Part shown: positions 54,271 through 63,139 of the stretch, piece after piece
Numbering within the stretch: position 1 is the stretch's first letter
How the letters are laid out: each line of letters starts with the position of its first letter
Assembly: GCA_903925005.1 (NCBI GenBank)
Contig: CAIYDX010000399.1
Span: 21,867-85,866 of the forward strand
DNA length: 64,000 nucleotides
Origin: an uncultured Geobacteraceae bacterium
GTDB taxonomy: Bacteria; Desulfobacterota; Desulfuromonadia; Geobacterales; Pseudopelobacteraceae
Reading direction: 5' to 3'
Notes under the pieces: generated by a model
Told to the model about the DNA's origin: nothing
Seen by the model: only the letters and a program-made list of their open reading frames with translations
The model's database searches: none
Translations under genes and position numbers: made by a program

Positions 54271-55023
54271 CTATATGAACAGCGACCTGTCCGACGGTTC
54301 AAGAAATTCGCGCACCTCGGGGATGTCGCTCCCTTTCATCTCCTCTTCGCTCCCCTCGAAAAGCATGCGCGCCTTGTGCAGGAAAGTGAAGCGTTGCGAT
54401 GTTGCAAAAGCGGTGGTCAAATCGTGGGTAACCATCAGGGTTGTTTTACCCTCTGCCTGCAGCCGCTGCATCAGGTTACAGATGTTGTAAACGCCGATCG
54501 GATCGAGTCCGGTGGTCGGCTCATCAAAGAAGATGTAATCCGGATCGGCCGCAAGAGCGCGGGCGATGGCTACACGTTTCTTCATGCCGCCCGACAGCTC
54601 GGCAGGATACAGATTAAGGGCCCCCTCCACTCCCACAAAACGGAGCTTTTCCAGTACAATCTCAGTTATTTCGGATTGTGAAAGGCGCCCCTCTTCGAAC
54701 AGGCGATAGCCGACATTCTCTCCGACCGTCATTGAATCAAACAACGCCCCCCCCTGGAAAACGATCGCGATCCGCTTGCGCTGCTGCATGAACCTCGATT
54801 CCGGCAGGCCGGTGATGCAGAGATCGCCGATAAAAACCGTGCCGGAATCCGGTTCGAGAAGGCCGAGCAGCAGCTTGAGGATGGTTGTTTTTCCGGCACC
54901 GCTGACTCCCAGAATAGTGCGGTTGACGCCGCGCTCCAGGTGAAAGTCGAAATTCTCCAAGATCTTGCGGCCGCCGATTGAATAACATAATTTATCCATG
55001 CGGATTGAGTCGCTGGAGGTCAT
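54271..55023 (-). CDS. mlaF: ABC transporter ATP-binding protein (MlaF-like)
   Basis: 250 aa. Walker A GVSGAGKTT, signature LSGGMKKRVAIARAL, Walker B IFFDEP. Confidence 0.9.
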   Translation of the reverse strand: MTSSDSIRMDKLCYSIGGRKILENFDFHLERGVNRTILGVSGAGKTTILKLLLGLLEPDSGTVFIGDLCITGLPESRFMQQRKRIAIVFQGGALFDSMTVGENVGYRLFEEGRLSQSEITEIVLEKLRFVGVEGALNLYPAELSGGMKKRVAIARALAADPDYIFFDEPTTGLDPIGVYNICNLMQRLQAEGKTTLMVTHDLTTAFATSQRFTFLHKARMLFEGSEEEMKGSDIPEVREFLEPSDRSLFI

Positions 55024-55490
55024 TGGCCGCTAACTCCTCCCATGGCGAGGATAATGAACCACTCGTTTTCCGTAACCGGCTGAATCGAGAGACGGCTCCG
55101 CTTTATCAGGGGCATTTCGGCCAGCAACGGATTCTGCTTAATGCCCTCCAGTGTCACAATTCTCTGCAGCGGTTCAAGGTAGCGCAGATCGACCATATAC
55201 CAGATCGGATTGTCTTTTGAGGATTTAGGGTCGAAGTGCTCTGCATTCGGGTTCAAGGCGGTTGCATCAGGATAGCCGGCCCGCACTATTTCCGCCAGAC
55301 CAACAACCGCAGGCTCCGGTATGTTGCTGTGGTAAAACAGCACCCGGTCGCCGACTTTGACAGTATCCCGCAAAAAATTGCGTGCTTGGAAGTTGCGCAC
55401 GCCATCCCACGGCTCGGTCATATCAGGACGATTCTTCAGGTCATCAAAGGAAAAACAGCCCGGTTCGGTTTTAAAAAGCCAGTACGACAT
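55020..55490 (-). CDS. EVE (PUA-like) domain protein
   Basis: 156 aa from ATG 55490 (MSYWLFKTEPGCFSFDDL..WDGVRNFQARNFLR..VLFYHS), the typical stand-alone EVE/THYN1-like sequence. The listed longer ORF reaching 55523 would overlap mlaE. Confidence 0.82.
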   Translation of the reverse strand: MSYWLFKTEPGCFSFDDLKNRPDMTEPWDGVRNFQARNFLRDTVKVGDRVLFYHSNIPEPAVVGLAEIVRAGYPDATALNPNAEHFDPKSSKDNPIWYMVDLRYLEPLQRIVTLEGIKQNPLLAEMPLIKRSRLSIQPVTENEWFIILAMGGVSGQ

Positions 55491-55491
55491 A

Positions 55492-56265
55492 TTATCCTCT
55501 GAAAACCACAAAGATCTTGGCAATGAAGAAATCGCAGATCAGAATCAGAACCGAAGAAAGCACCACGGCTTTCTTGGCTGCCGCGCCGACCCCCTCGGCG
55601 CCACCCTTGGTGCCGAGACCCACGTAACAACCGGTTATTGCGATAATTGCGCCGAACACCGCCGGTTTCGCCACGCCTTCGATCAGATCCTGAAACACCA
55701 TGAACTGAGGCAGTCCGCTGATGTACATGATCGGGTTTATATTGTAGCCGGCCGACATGATGTAGCCGCCCAGAATGGAAACCATATCCGTCACGATCGT
55801 CAGAAGCGGCAGCGCCAGCAGCATGGCTTTAAAGCGCGGCACAACCAGGCGCTTGATGATATCGGTGCCTTCCACTCGCATCGCATCAACCTGCTCTGTC
55901 ACCACCATCGTTCCCAGTTCGGCGGTAATGGCGGATCCCACGCGGCCGGCCACCATCAGCGAGGCCAGCACCGGTCCGAGTTCCTTGATCATCGTCACCG
56001 CCACCATGCCGCCAACATAGCTGGTCGCCGCAAACGGCTTGAGCTGGATCAGTGACTGCAGCGCCATGACCATGCCGGAAAAAAGACCGGTCAGGGTGCA
56101 GATGAACAGAGACGAAAACCCCAATTTATCGAACTGAATGGCAAATTCACGATAATAGAAGGGGCGGCGGAAGATCCGTACAAAGGTTCGCCCCGTCAGG
56201 GTGAAATAATTCTGCAGTTCATGGAAAAAAAACAGCAGGACTTTATCGATAACGTCAGGATTCAT
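55492..56265 (-). CDS. mlaE: ABC transporter permease (MlaE-like)
   Basis: 257 aa polytopic protein of the MlaE/YrbE family (GPVLASLMVAGRVGSAITAELGTM). Confidence 0.9.
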   Translation of the reverse strand: MNPDVIDKVLLFFFHELQNYFTLTGRTFVRIFRRPFYYREFAIQFDKLGFSSLFICTLTGLFSGMVMALQSLIQLKPFAATSYVGGMVAVTMIKELGPVLASLMVAGRVGSAITAELGTMVVTEQVDAMRVEGTDIIKRLVVPRFKAMLLALPLLTIVTDMVSILGGYIMSAGYNINPIMYISGLPQFMVFQDLIEGVAKPAVFGAIIAITGCYVGLGTKGGAEGVGAAAKKAVVLSSVLILICDFFIAKIFVVFRG

Positions 56266-56271
56266 ATTCGC

Positions 56272-58587
56272 CTAGAGGGCTGCAGCCAACGCTTCAGCCG
56301 CTTCACTGACGAAAATGAACTGCAGTTCATTGCGGACATTCTCCGGGATGTCTTCCAGGTCGTCACGGTTGCGTTCCGGTGCTACGACTGTGCCGACACC
56401 GGCTCGATGAGCCGCCAGCACCTTCTCCTTCAATCCGCCGATCGCCAGCACCCGGCCGGTCAACGTGATTTCTCCGGTCATGGCGACATTGCGGCGCGCC
56501 GGTTTTCCGGTCAATAGCGAAACCAGTGCCGTGACTATGGTGACTCCCGCCGAAGGGCCGTCTTTGGGGATGGCGCCGGATGGGACGTGAATATGAATGA
56601 TACGATTTTCAAACGCTTCCGGCTTAATGCCGAATTCGTCGGCATGCGCCTCGATGTAGGAGAGTGCCGCACGAGCCGACTCCTTCATCACATCGCCCAG
56701 TGATCCGGTCAGAATCAGCTCCGCCTTGCCCGGCATCGAGGTGACTTCAACGAAGAGAATATCTCCTCCGGTTTCTGTCCAGGCAAGTCCGGTAGCGACT
56801 CCGATACGATCATTTTCAGCCGCTACCTCGTTATGGAATTTTTTCGATCCGAGCAGTTCCGTTACTATTTCAGGAGTTATGCAGCTTCGTGTGGCCTTGT
56901 TCTGGGTTATCTCTTTGGCAACTTTGCGACAGATTGAGGCGATCGTGCGCTGCAGACCGCGCACACCTGCTTCCCGTGTGTAGTCATTGATGACTTTCTC
57001 TAACGCGTTATCATCAAAGGTAAGCCCCCGGTCGGCAAGGCCGTTTTCTTCCAGCTCGCGCCGGATAATAAAGTTCTTAGCAATCTGCAGTTTTTCCTGG
57101 CTGCTGTAACCGGCCAGCCGGATGACCTCCATGCGGTCCTTGAGCGGCCCAGGGACCGGGTCAAGCTGGTTGGCGGTGGTAATGAACATCACTTTCGAAA
57201 GGTCAAACGGAACGTCTAGATAGTGGTCGTTAAAGCTGAAATTCTGCTCAGGATCGAGAACCTCCAGGAGTGCGCTGGCCGGATCGCCACGGAAATCGTT
57301 ACCCAGTTTGTCGATCTCATCCAGCATAAAGATCGGGTTATTGACACCGCAGCGGAAGAGCTCCTTAATAATGCGCCCCGGCAGAGCGCCGATATAGGTG
57401 CGGCGGTGGCCGCGAATCTCGGCTTCATCCCGCACCCCGCCAAGAGAAATACACACGAATTTACGTCCCATGGAGCGGGCAATCGACTTGCCCAGGGACG
57501 TCTTGCCGACTCCCGGCGGGCCTACAAAGCAGAGTACTGGCCCCTTCATGTTCTCTTTAAGCGAGCGCACCGCCAGAAATTCCAGGATCCGCTCTTTGAC
57601 TTTTTTCAGATTATAATGATCTTCGTTGAGAATCTCTTCGGCCCGTACTATGTCAAGAGTGTCGGTCGTGTTTGTGTTCCATGGCATGCCTGCCAGATAA
57701 TCGAGATAGGTGCGCGCTACGTTGTATTCCGGAGAAGCCTGATTGATTCGCTCAAGGCGTTTCAGCTCCTTGTCGGCGATCTTTTTGATATCCTCGGGAA
57801 GTCCCGCATCTTCTATTTTACGGCGCAGTTCGTTCATATCGGCCGTGCGGGGATCTTCTTCACCCAACTCTTCCTGAATATGTTTCATCTGCTCGCGCAG
57901 GATATATTCCTTCTGGTTCTTGCCGACCCTCTTCGTAACTTCACCGGCTACTTCGTTCTTGATCTGCATCCGTTGCACTTCGTTGGTAAGATGCACATAG
58001 ACCTTTTTGAGACGGTCCAGAGGATCAACCGTTTCAAGCAGATCCTGAAGGTCGGTGGCCGGCAGATTGACATACAGAGCTACAAGGTCGGACAGGCGTG
58101 CCGGATTATCGATGTAGTCGATCATTTTCATGACATCGTCAGGCAGCGGCTTTCCGTGTGAAAGCGCAATTTTCAACAAGGCATTCAGGCTCTGAACAAG
58201 TGCATCCGATACCAGATTTTTTTCAACGAACTCACGTACAATTTCGCAATAAGCCAGGGTCAGTCCCCCGGCAGGCTCGGTGTCGAGAATCCGCAGGCGG
58301 GTGACCCCTTCCAGCGAAATCTTGTAGCGGCCGTCATCCATTTTTTTAATCTGGTTAACCTTGCAAAGTGTTCCAATCTCGCATCTGCCCCCCGGAAATT
58401 CGCTGTTTGGATCATCCGGTCGTTCAAAAGCAAGCACAACATATTTTTCATAGTTATCCGCTTCGCGGAATGCAGCCGTATCCTTTCCGTTTACATACAA
58501 TGGAAACAGCATATACGGAAAAACAACGGTCTCTTTTTGGGTGAAAAGCGGCAGTTTTGTTGGTATTTCAATATTGGTGTGCGGCAT
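56272..58587 (-). CDS. lon: ATP-dependent Lon protease
   Basis: 771 aa from ATG 58587 ([15 protein letters not shown]). Lon N-domain, Walker [10 protein letters not shown] and proteolytic PKDGPSAGV. The listed ORF extends upstream to 58671. Confidence 0.95.
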   Translation of the reverse strand: MPHTNIEIPTKLPLFTQKETVVFPYMLFPLYVNGKDTAAFREADNYEKYVVLAFERPDDPNSEFPGGRCEIGTLCKVNQIKKMDDGRYKISLEGVTRLRILDTEPAGGLTLAYCEIVREFVEKNLVSDALVQSLNALLKIALSHGKPLPDDVMKMIDYIDNPARLSDLVALYVNLPATDLQDLLETVDPLDRLKKVYVHLTNEVQRMQIKNEVAGEVTKRVGKNQKEYILREQMKHIQEELGEEDPRTADMNELRRKIEDAGLPEDIKKIADKELKRLERINQASPEYNVARTYLDYLAGMPWNTNTTDTLDIVRAEEILNEDHYNLKKVKERILEFLAVRSLKENMKGPVLCFVGPPGVGKTSLGKSIARSMGRKFVCISLGGVRDEAEIRGHRRTYIGALPGRIIKELFRCGVNNPIFMLDEIDKLGNDFRGDPASALLEVLDPEQNFSFNDHYLDVPFDLSKVMFITTANQLDPVPGPLKDRMEVIRLAGYSSQEKLQIAKNFIIRRELEENGLADRGLTFDDNALEKVINDYTREAGVRGLQRTIASICRKVAKEITQNKATRSCITPEIVTELLGSKKFHNEVAAENDRIGVATGLAWTETGGDILFVEVTSMPGKAELILTGSLGDVMKESARAALSYIEAHADEFGIKPEAFENRIIHIHVPSGAIPKDGPSAGVTIVTALVSLLTGKPARRNVAMTGEITLTGRVLAIGGLKEKVLAAHRAGVGTVVAPERNRDDLEDIPENVRNELQFIFVSEAAEALAAAL

Positions 58588-58635
58588 CTTCTGGCATTCC
58601 TTATAAATTGACTTGGTAACCTGGCAAATCGTAAA

Positions 58636-58664
58636 TATATATTTAATTTTATAGCATACTTCAA
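58636..58664 (-). promoter_or_regulatory. Candidate sigma70-type promoter for lon
   Basis: On the minus strand: TTGAAG (58664-58659), a 17-nt spacer, then TATATA (58641-58636). Confidence 0.3.
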
Positions 58665-58679
58665 GCCACAAGCAAAGCT

Positions 58680-59267
58680 TCAGACAGGTTTGCCGACTTG
58701 AATGGCAATTTTTACTACTCTCACCCCGGCCGAACAGCCGGACAACTCATGATAGAGCAGTGACAAAAATCGTATCGCAACCAGACGATGGAGTGTGGCC
58801 TGGGTAATTCGATAAATCCAAAAACGTATCGGTGAAGGCGACTTGCCGCCAAGAATCGAAGGGTAGAAATCGCTGAGCTGGAGTGAAATACGTATGCGTC
58901 CTGGTATAGGCTCAGGCTCCACCCCGAAGCGGAACTCACCGCGTGCGCGCCTGTGCGGCTGCACCAGAAAACCGCCTCGTATCGGCACTGTTGCGAAATT
59001 GTCCGTGTGAACCGGCGGCCAAAAGCTGATCAAACTCAGCTCTGTTCCGATCAGGCGAAATTCGATGCTGCTCTCCAGAATCACCGGGCGAATCAGAGTC
59101 AGGGTACATTTTTTGATATAGTGCAGATAGCGATACAGCATTTCCTCTGCCGAAAATACTCCGACTGTTGTGGTCGGAAGGGTTGTCCACTGAACAGAAA
59201 AGACGGAAGCATCCGCAATCATTACCTGTTGACAGGCTATTTCCTGCAAGGGGGTGCGAGAGAGCAT
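58680..59267 (-). CDS. Hypothetical protein, no domain recognised
   Basis: 195-aa ORF with no obvious SD before the first ATG. Arg-rich, with no motifs I can assign. Confidence 0.45.
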   Translation of the reverse strand: MLSRTPLQEIACQQVMIADASVFSVQWTTLPTTTVGVFSAEEMLYRYLHYIKKCTLTLIRPVILESSIEFRLIGTELSLISFWPPVHTDNFATVPIRGGFLVQPHRRARGEFRFGVEPEPIPGRIRISLQLSDFYPSILGGKSPSPIRFWIYRITQATLHRLVAIRFLSLLYHELSGCSAGVRVVKIAIQVGKPV

Positions 59268-59329
59268 GCGGCCTATTTTGCCATCTGTGTCGGATATTGC
59301 AATCTAAATCACGTATTCAATTTTCCCGC

Positions 59330-59357
59330 TTGACAACTCTCAAAATAGTATTAAGAT
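59330..59357 (+). promoter_or_regulatory. Candidate sigma70 promoter of a small orphan transcription unit
   Basis: TTGACA (59330-59335), a 16-nt spacer, then TAAGAT (59352-59357). Confidence 0.35.
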
Positions 59358-59407
59358 AAAAACTATCTTGTTGGAATCAAATATGACATCGAAAGGAGAC
59401 CCTGCCA

Positions 59408-59470
59408 ATGTGGACTGCAAGATTTAGAATCCGTCCGGTTTCCCACTGTAAAGAGGGTTGCCCTAGTTAG
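59408..59470 (+). CDS. Candidate 20-codon small ORF (MWTARFRIRPVSHCKEGCPS)
   Basis: AAAGGAGA (59392-59399) lies 8 nt upstream of ATG 59408, and the stop is TAG 59468-59470. The ORF is bracketed by a promoter-like element and an intrinsic terminator. It is below the ORF-track size cut-off. Confidence 0.35.
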   Translation: MWTARFRIRPVSHCKEGCPS

Positions 59471-59502
59471 CCCGCCGCCGACAGGCTGCGGGCGTCCTAA
59501 AA

Positions 59503-59538
59503 AGCCCCGCTGTCATTGGACAGTGGGGCTTTTTTTTT
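59503..59538 (+). terminator. Rho-independent terminator
   Basis: AGCCCCGCTGTC-ATTG-GACAGTGGGGCT forms a 12-bp stem with one G-U pair, followed by T8. Confidence 0.8.
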
Positions 59539-59639
59539 GTTGTGCCGGCTGTTATCTGATATGATTGCTTCTCCATAATCCGCCGCATGAGGTTGGTCGC
59601 AAGAGCGCCGATCTAATAGATGCCAGAGGTGTAAATAAC

Positions 59640-60053
59640 ATGTCTTACTGCCCAATGTGCAGCCGCTGGGATGCGGACTCGGATCTTCGGATCATTGAAC
59701 TCCCCCACTCCTACGTAATCTTTAACCGTGACCAGTATTTTCCCGGCTATACGTTGCTGTTTGTCAAGGAGCATGCCACCGAACTGTTTCACCTTGACCT
59801 TAATGTACGAACCGCGCTTATGGAGGAGCTTTCATTTGTGGCTCAGGCGCTTTACGCAACATACAGGCCGGACAAGATCAATTATGAACTTTTGGGAAAT
59901 ATGGTGCCGCATATCCACTGGCACATCGTGCCGCGCTTCTCGACCGATTCTCTCTGGCCGCGCCCGATCTGGGCCGAATCGCATGAAGAGCTGCATCTGT
60001 CGCCTGATGAATACCGGCAGCGCATTGAAGCTATCAGGAGTGCTCTATTATGA
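59640..60053 (+). CDS. HIT (histidine triad) family protein
   Basis: 137 aa from ATG 59640 (MSYCPMCSRW). Histidine triad VPHIHWHIVPR. The listed ORF from TTG 59565 is probably an upstream extension. Confidence 0.85.
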   Translation: MSYCPMCSRWDADSDLRIIELPHSYVIFNRDQYFPGYTLLFVKEHATELFHLDLNVRTALMEELSFVAQALYATYRPDKINYELLGNMVPHIHWHIVPRFSTDSLWPRPIWAESHEELHLSPDEYRQRIEAIRSALL

Positions 60054-61396
60054 TAACCTCTTCTCTCCACACTCTGAATAACGGATTGCGGGTTGTCTGC
60101 GTTGAAATGCCGCATCTGCACTCGGCTGAGCTGGCGATCTACCTTAAAGTCGGCGGGCGGAACGATCCGCCAGGGAGGGAAGGGCTTTCCCATTTTCTGG
60201 AGCATATCCTGTTTCGGGGAACTGCTGAATTTCCTTCATCTCTGGCAATCGAGTCGGCCTTCGAGGTTATCGGCGGCGCTCCTAACGCGGCAACAGATGC
60301 CGAATCGACCTATTATTATTCAAGGGTACACCCGGACAACATCAAGCGCGGCATGGAGATATTCGCCTCAATGCTGATGAAGCCGCTGCTAAACGGCATT
60401 GAGATCGAAAAGCGGATTATAGCAGAGGAAGCTAGGGAAGATCTGAACGAGCAGGGGGAAGAGGTCAATCCGGATACTATCGTAAGCCGACTGCTCTGGC
60501 CTCGGCACCCGTTGGGGATGCCGACCATCGGAACTCTTGAAAGTATTGCCGCCATTGAATTAAGCGATCTCAAGGAACATCTGAAAAATTATTATAATCC
60601 TTCAAATGCGGTACTGGTTGTATCCGGGCCGGTAACAAGCCGTGCCGTTCTTGCCGCTGCCCGAGAGTGCTTTGATAAGTGGCCTGATGAGCGTTTGCCG
60701 GCGCCTTCCCTTGTGACGCTCCGTCAGTTTTCGCCACAGATCCGCTGTGTGCAAGATTCTGACAGTCAGATGAATCTGCAACTGGCGTTCCTCGGATTTG
60801 CCCGTGATGACCGCCGCTTTATGGCGCTTCGCTTTTTGCGGAGGATTTTAGCTGGTGGCGGCAGTTCTCGTCTCCATTTGCGTTTGCGGGAGGAGCTGGG
60901 CATTATTTATTCCGTTGACGGTGCAATCGGCGCCTATGATGAAACCGGCTGCCTGGCTTTTGATCTGTCTACGGCACCGGATACGCTGATCCATGCGGTT
61001 GAAACAGCGCTTGAGGAGTTATACCGCATTACCGTTACCCCGGTTCCAAAGGAAGAGCTGGAACGAATTCGCAATTCCTATATTTTCGATCTTGAGTTCA
61101 GCCGTGATTCGGCCTACGAAATGGGTGGAAGATATGGCTGGGGCGAGCTGATGGGGGTCGTAAGAAGCATTGAGGAAGATCAGTGCGAGGCGCGCCGGAT
61201 CACTGCCGCCGAGCTTCAGGAAACAGCAAGGGCGCTTTTTATGCCGGAAAATTTGCGTCTGGTAGCGGTGGGGCCGTGGAAGCGCGGTATGAAGAAGGCC
61301 ATACGGGAACGGGTAGCGGCATATCAGCTACGATTTAGCGATTCAGGCAGCCAGCCGGTCGCGGTCGAACTCTCTGCTTGTTTTAAGAATACCTGA
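60050..61396 (+). CDS. Cytoplasmic M16-family zinc peptidase
   Basis: 448 aa with no signal peptide. Motif GLSHFLEHILFRGT. ATGA overlap with the HIT gene. Confidence 0.88.
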   Translation: MITSSLHTLNNGLRVVCVEMPHLHSAELAIYLKVGGRNDPPGREGLSHFLEHILFRGTAEFPSSLAIESAFEVIGGAPNAATDAESTYYYSRVHPDNIKRGMEIFASMLMKPLLNGIEIEKRIIAEEAREDLNEQGEEVNPDTIVSRLLWPRHPLGMPTIGTLESIAAIELSDLKEHLKNYYNPSNAVLVVSGPVTSRAVLAAARECFDKWPDERLPAPSLVTLRQFSPQIRCVQDSDSQMNLQLAFLGFARDDRRFMALRFLRRILAGGGSSRLHLRLREELGIIYSVDGAIGAYDETGCLAFDLSTAPDTLIHAVETALEELYRITVTPVPKEELERIRNSYIFDLEFSRDSAYEMGGRYGWGELMGVVRSIEEDQCEARRITAAELQETARALFMPENLRLVAVGPWKRGMKKAIRERVAAYQLRFSDSGSQPVAVELSACFKNT

Positions 61397-62038
61397 AAAT
61401 ACGGTTCTAACCGACTCATCCAGCTCATTAAAGCAAATGCCGATACCAGGGGCCGTACGCCCGCCCCATGGCTTGGTCCAACGAATTGCAGCGTCGAGCG
61501 TGAAGCCGCATTCAAGAAATGACACCGCGATATCGGTTTCGCCGACAAACCTTTCGGAATAGACATCTACAATAAATGCCCCTCCCCAGGATAGATCCAA
61601 TGTAAAGCCGCGGTACTCCTCGCCCTTGCAGTGTAGAAGAGTTGAAATACAGGCCGGGTGGCGCCGGAAAACACGTAATGTTCGTGCCACAAACGCCAGA
61701 CAGGTTATTGACAGAAAGTCACCCAGGCTCTTGTCCTGTTTCGCGCTCCCCGGCATGGCCATAGGCACCAGCATGGAGCCCATCGCTCTAACCCGCAAGG
61801 TCGGGAAAAAATTGGCCAAGGTATAGGCGACTATTTTCTCTTCTCCCTTCGATTTGATAATCGAAGGGAGATCGACCAGGAGCCCGCTGTACAATCCAGC
61901 CAAAGCCAGATTTTCAGCCTCACAGAAGGTCGCGCAGGCAACCGCGAGAGCACCGTTGTTGCTGACAGTCGCTGCCAGGGCAGCCCGGGTCTCGTCAGTG
62001 TATGAGACAACCAGTATCGGATGTGGTGGCAATAACAT
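61343..62038 (-). CDS. PilZ-domain protein with a CheY-like (degenerate) N-terminal region
   Basis: 231 aa. The C-half has RVFRR (RxxxR) followed 21 residues later by DLSWGG (DxSxxG). The N-half has a receiver-like alternating pattern without a DD pair. Confidence 0.7.
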   Translation of the reverse strand: MLLPPHPILVVSYTDETRAALAATVSNNGALAVACATFCEAENLALAGLYSGLLVDLPSIIKSKGEEKIVAYTLANFFPTLRVRAMGSMLVPMAMPGSAKQDKSLGDFLSITCLAFVARTLRVFRRHPACISTLLHCKGEEYRGFTLDLSWGGAFIVDVYSERFVGETDIAVSFLECGFTLDAAIRWTKPWGGRTAPGIGICFNELDESVRTVFSGILKTSREFDRDRLAA

Positions 62039-62542
62039 TTAATCTTCGATTGAGAGCGCTACCATGAACCACTCCACGTCTGTGGCAAACTTGAGCGTAA
62101 TGTTTTCCAGACCGTTTCCTGTGGAAACGACATAATCGGAGCCGTTAACCACCGAAGGGGTCGAATGCTGAATATCAGACCCCCCTTTGGAAAGATGCTG
62201 TTTGAAAGAACCGGCGACCATGTTGGCAATCTCCCCCATGGCATCATTGACGTCATCATCAATTTCAGTGACCTCCATGCCGAGCATCAATGAGGTGAAA
62301 GATATGGCCAGGGGCCAGGGAATATGTACACTCACAAGCCCGTTATAGGTCCCAGCCAGACCGACCATGGCGGTCAGGCACTCCTTGAAATGCGTAGTGA
62401 CATCAACTTGAATCGGCAGGTGCATAAGATCCTCTACCCCGACCATGTTGATGAAAACTTCCTGAACATCCTTAATAAGACTTTTGATCAGCTCATCTTC
62501 GGTCATGTTGATTGCAGCAAGTGTTTCAGACTTCATCGGCAT
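62039..62542 (-). CDS. cheX: CheX-type CheY-P phosphatase (second copy)
   Basis: Exact D-x3-E-x2-N-x22-P motif (DAMGEIANM..22 residues..P). Clear paralogue of the 12644-13150 product. ATG 62542 is the likely start; the listed ORF begins at 62566. Confidence 0.85.
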   Translation of the reverse strand: MPMKSETLAAINMTEDELIKSLIKDVQEVFINMVGVEDLMHLPIQVDVTTHFKECLTAMVGLAGTYNGLVSVHIPWPLAISFTSLMLGMEVTEIDDDVNDAMGEIANMVAGSFKQHLSKGGSDIQHSTPSVVNGSDYVVSTGNGLENITLKFATDVEWFMVALSIED

Positions 62543-62572
62543 GTCCTGCCCCCCTTTATGTACCAAATTAAA

Positions 62573-63070
62573 TTAATTGGCAAAACAATCCCGCTCTTCA
62601 TCTGAAAACATCCGGTCTACATCCATGATTATCAATAGTCTTTCCGTATGGTTAAAAACACCGGTAATAAACTCCTGGCCGACCCCGCCTGACAGCATCA
62701 TTGTAGGTGGGGGCTGAATCTCACTGCTGTGAATGCGGATTACTTCGGATACGGCGTCTACGATAAAGCCTGTCAGTGTACCTGCGACATCCATCACCAT
62801 AATGCGGGTCCGGCTGCTGTTTTCCGATTCCATCAAGCCAAAACGCTGACGCATGGAGATGATCGGAATGACCTTGCCGCGCAGGTTGACTACACCTTCG
62901 ACATACGACGGCGTATTAGGCATTTTGGTAATAGTCGGCATACGGATAATCTCGCGAACCTTTAGAACTTCGACACCATATTCTTCATCTGCCAGCATGA
63001 AGCTGACCAACTGAATCAGTTCGTCGTGCTGGGAACTGTCGCTTGCTTTTACCAGGGCGTTGCTAGACAT
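62573..63070 (-). CDS. cheW: Chemotaxis coupling protein CheW
   Basis: 165 aa. LVSFMLADEEYGVEVLKVREI..VVNLRGKVIPI..IVDAVSEV pattern. Confidence 0.9.
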   Translation of the reverse strand: MSSNALVKASDSSQHDELIQLVSFMLADEEYGVEVLKVREIIRMPTITKMPNTPSYVEGVVNLRGKVIPIISMRQRFGLMESENSSRTRIMVMDVAGTLTGFIVDAVSEVIRIHSSEIQPPPTMMLSGGVGQEFITGVFNHTERLLIIMDVDRMFSDEERDCFAN

Positions 63071-63139
63071 TAACCCTCCTTTTTATGGTCAAGAATCATG
63101 AGGAGTTCGGGCTGAAAAGTTGCAGCGGTGATTTTACAA

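Noticed and set aside
59364-59538. A known riboswitch or 6S-like RNA in the HIT upstream region
   Set aside because: No GEMM, fluoride, ZTP or preQ1 consensus could be matched by eye. AGAGGGTTGCCCTAG only loosely resembles preQ1-I and lacks the A-rich tail. The 5' and 3' ends do not pair as they do in 6S RNA. The region is kept only as an unexplained small transcription unit.
59565-59639. TTG-initiated N-terminal extension of the HIT ORF
   Set aside because: The extension (MLLHNPPHEVGRKSADLIDARGVNN) has no family similarity. The HIT family domain begins at ATG 59640.
61343-61396. 54-nt convergent 3' overlap between the M16 peptidase and PilZ genes
   Set aside because: Convergent tail overlaps of this size are common and may reflect non-conserved C-terminal extensions. 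No hairpin or other signal was seen.
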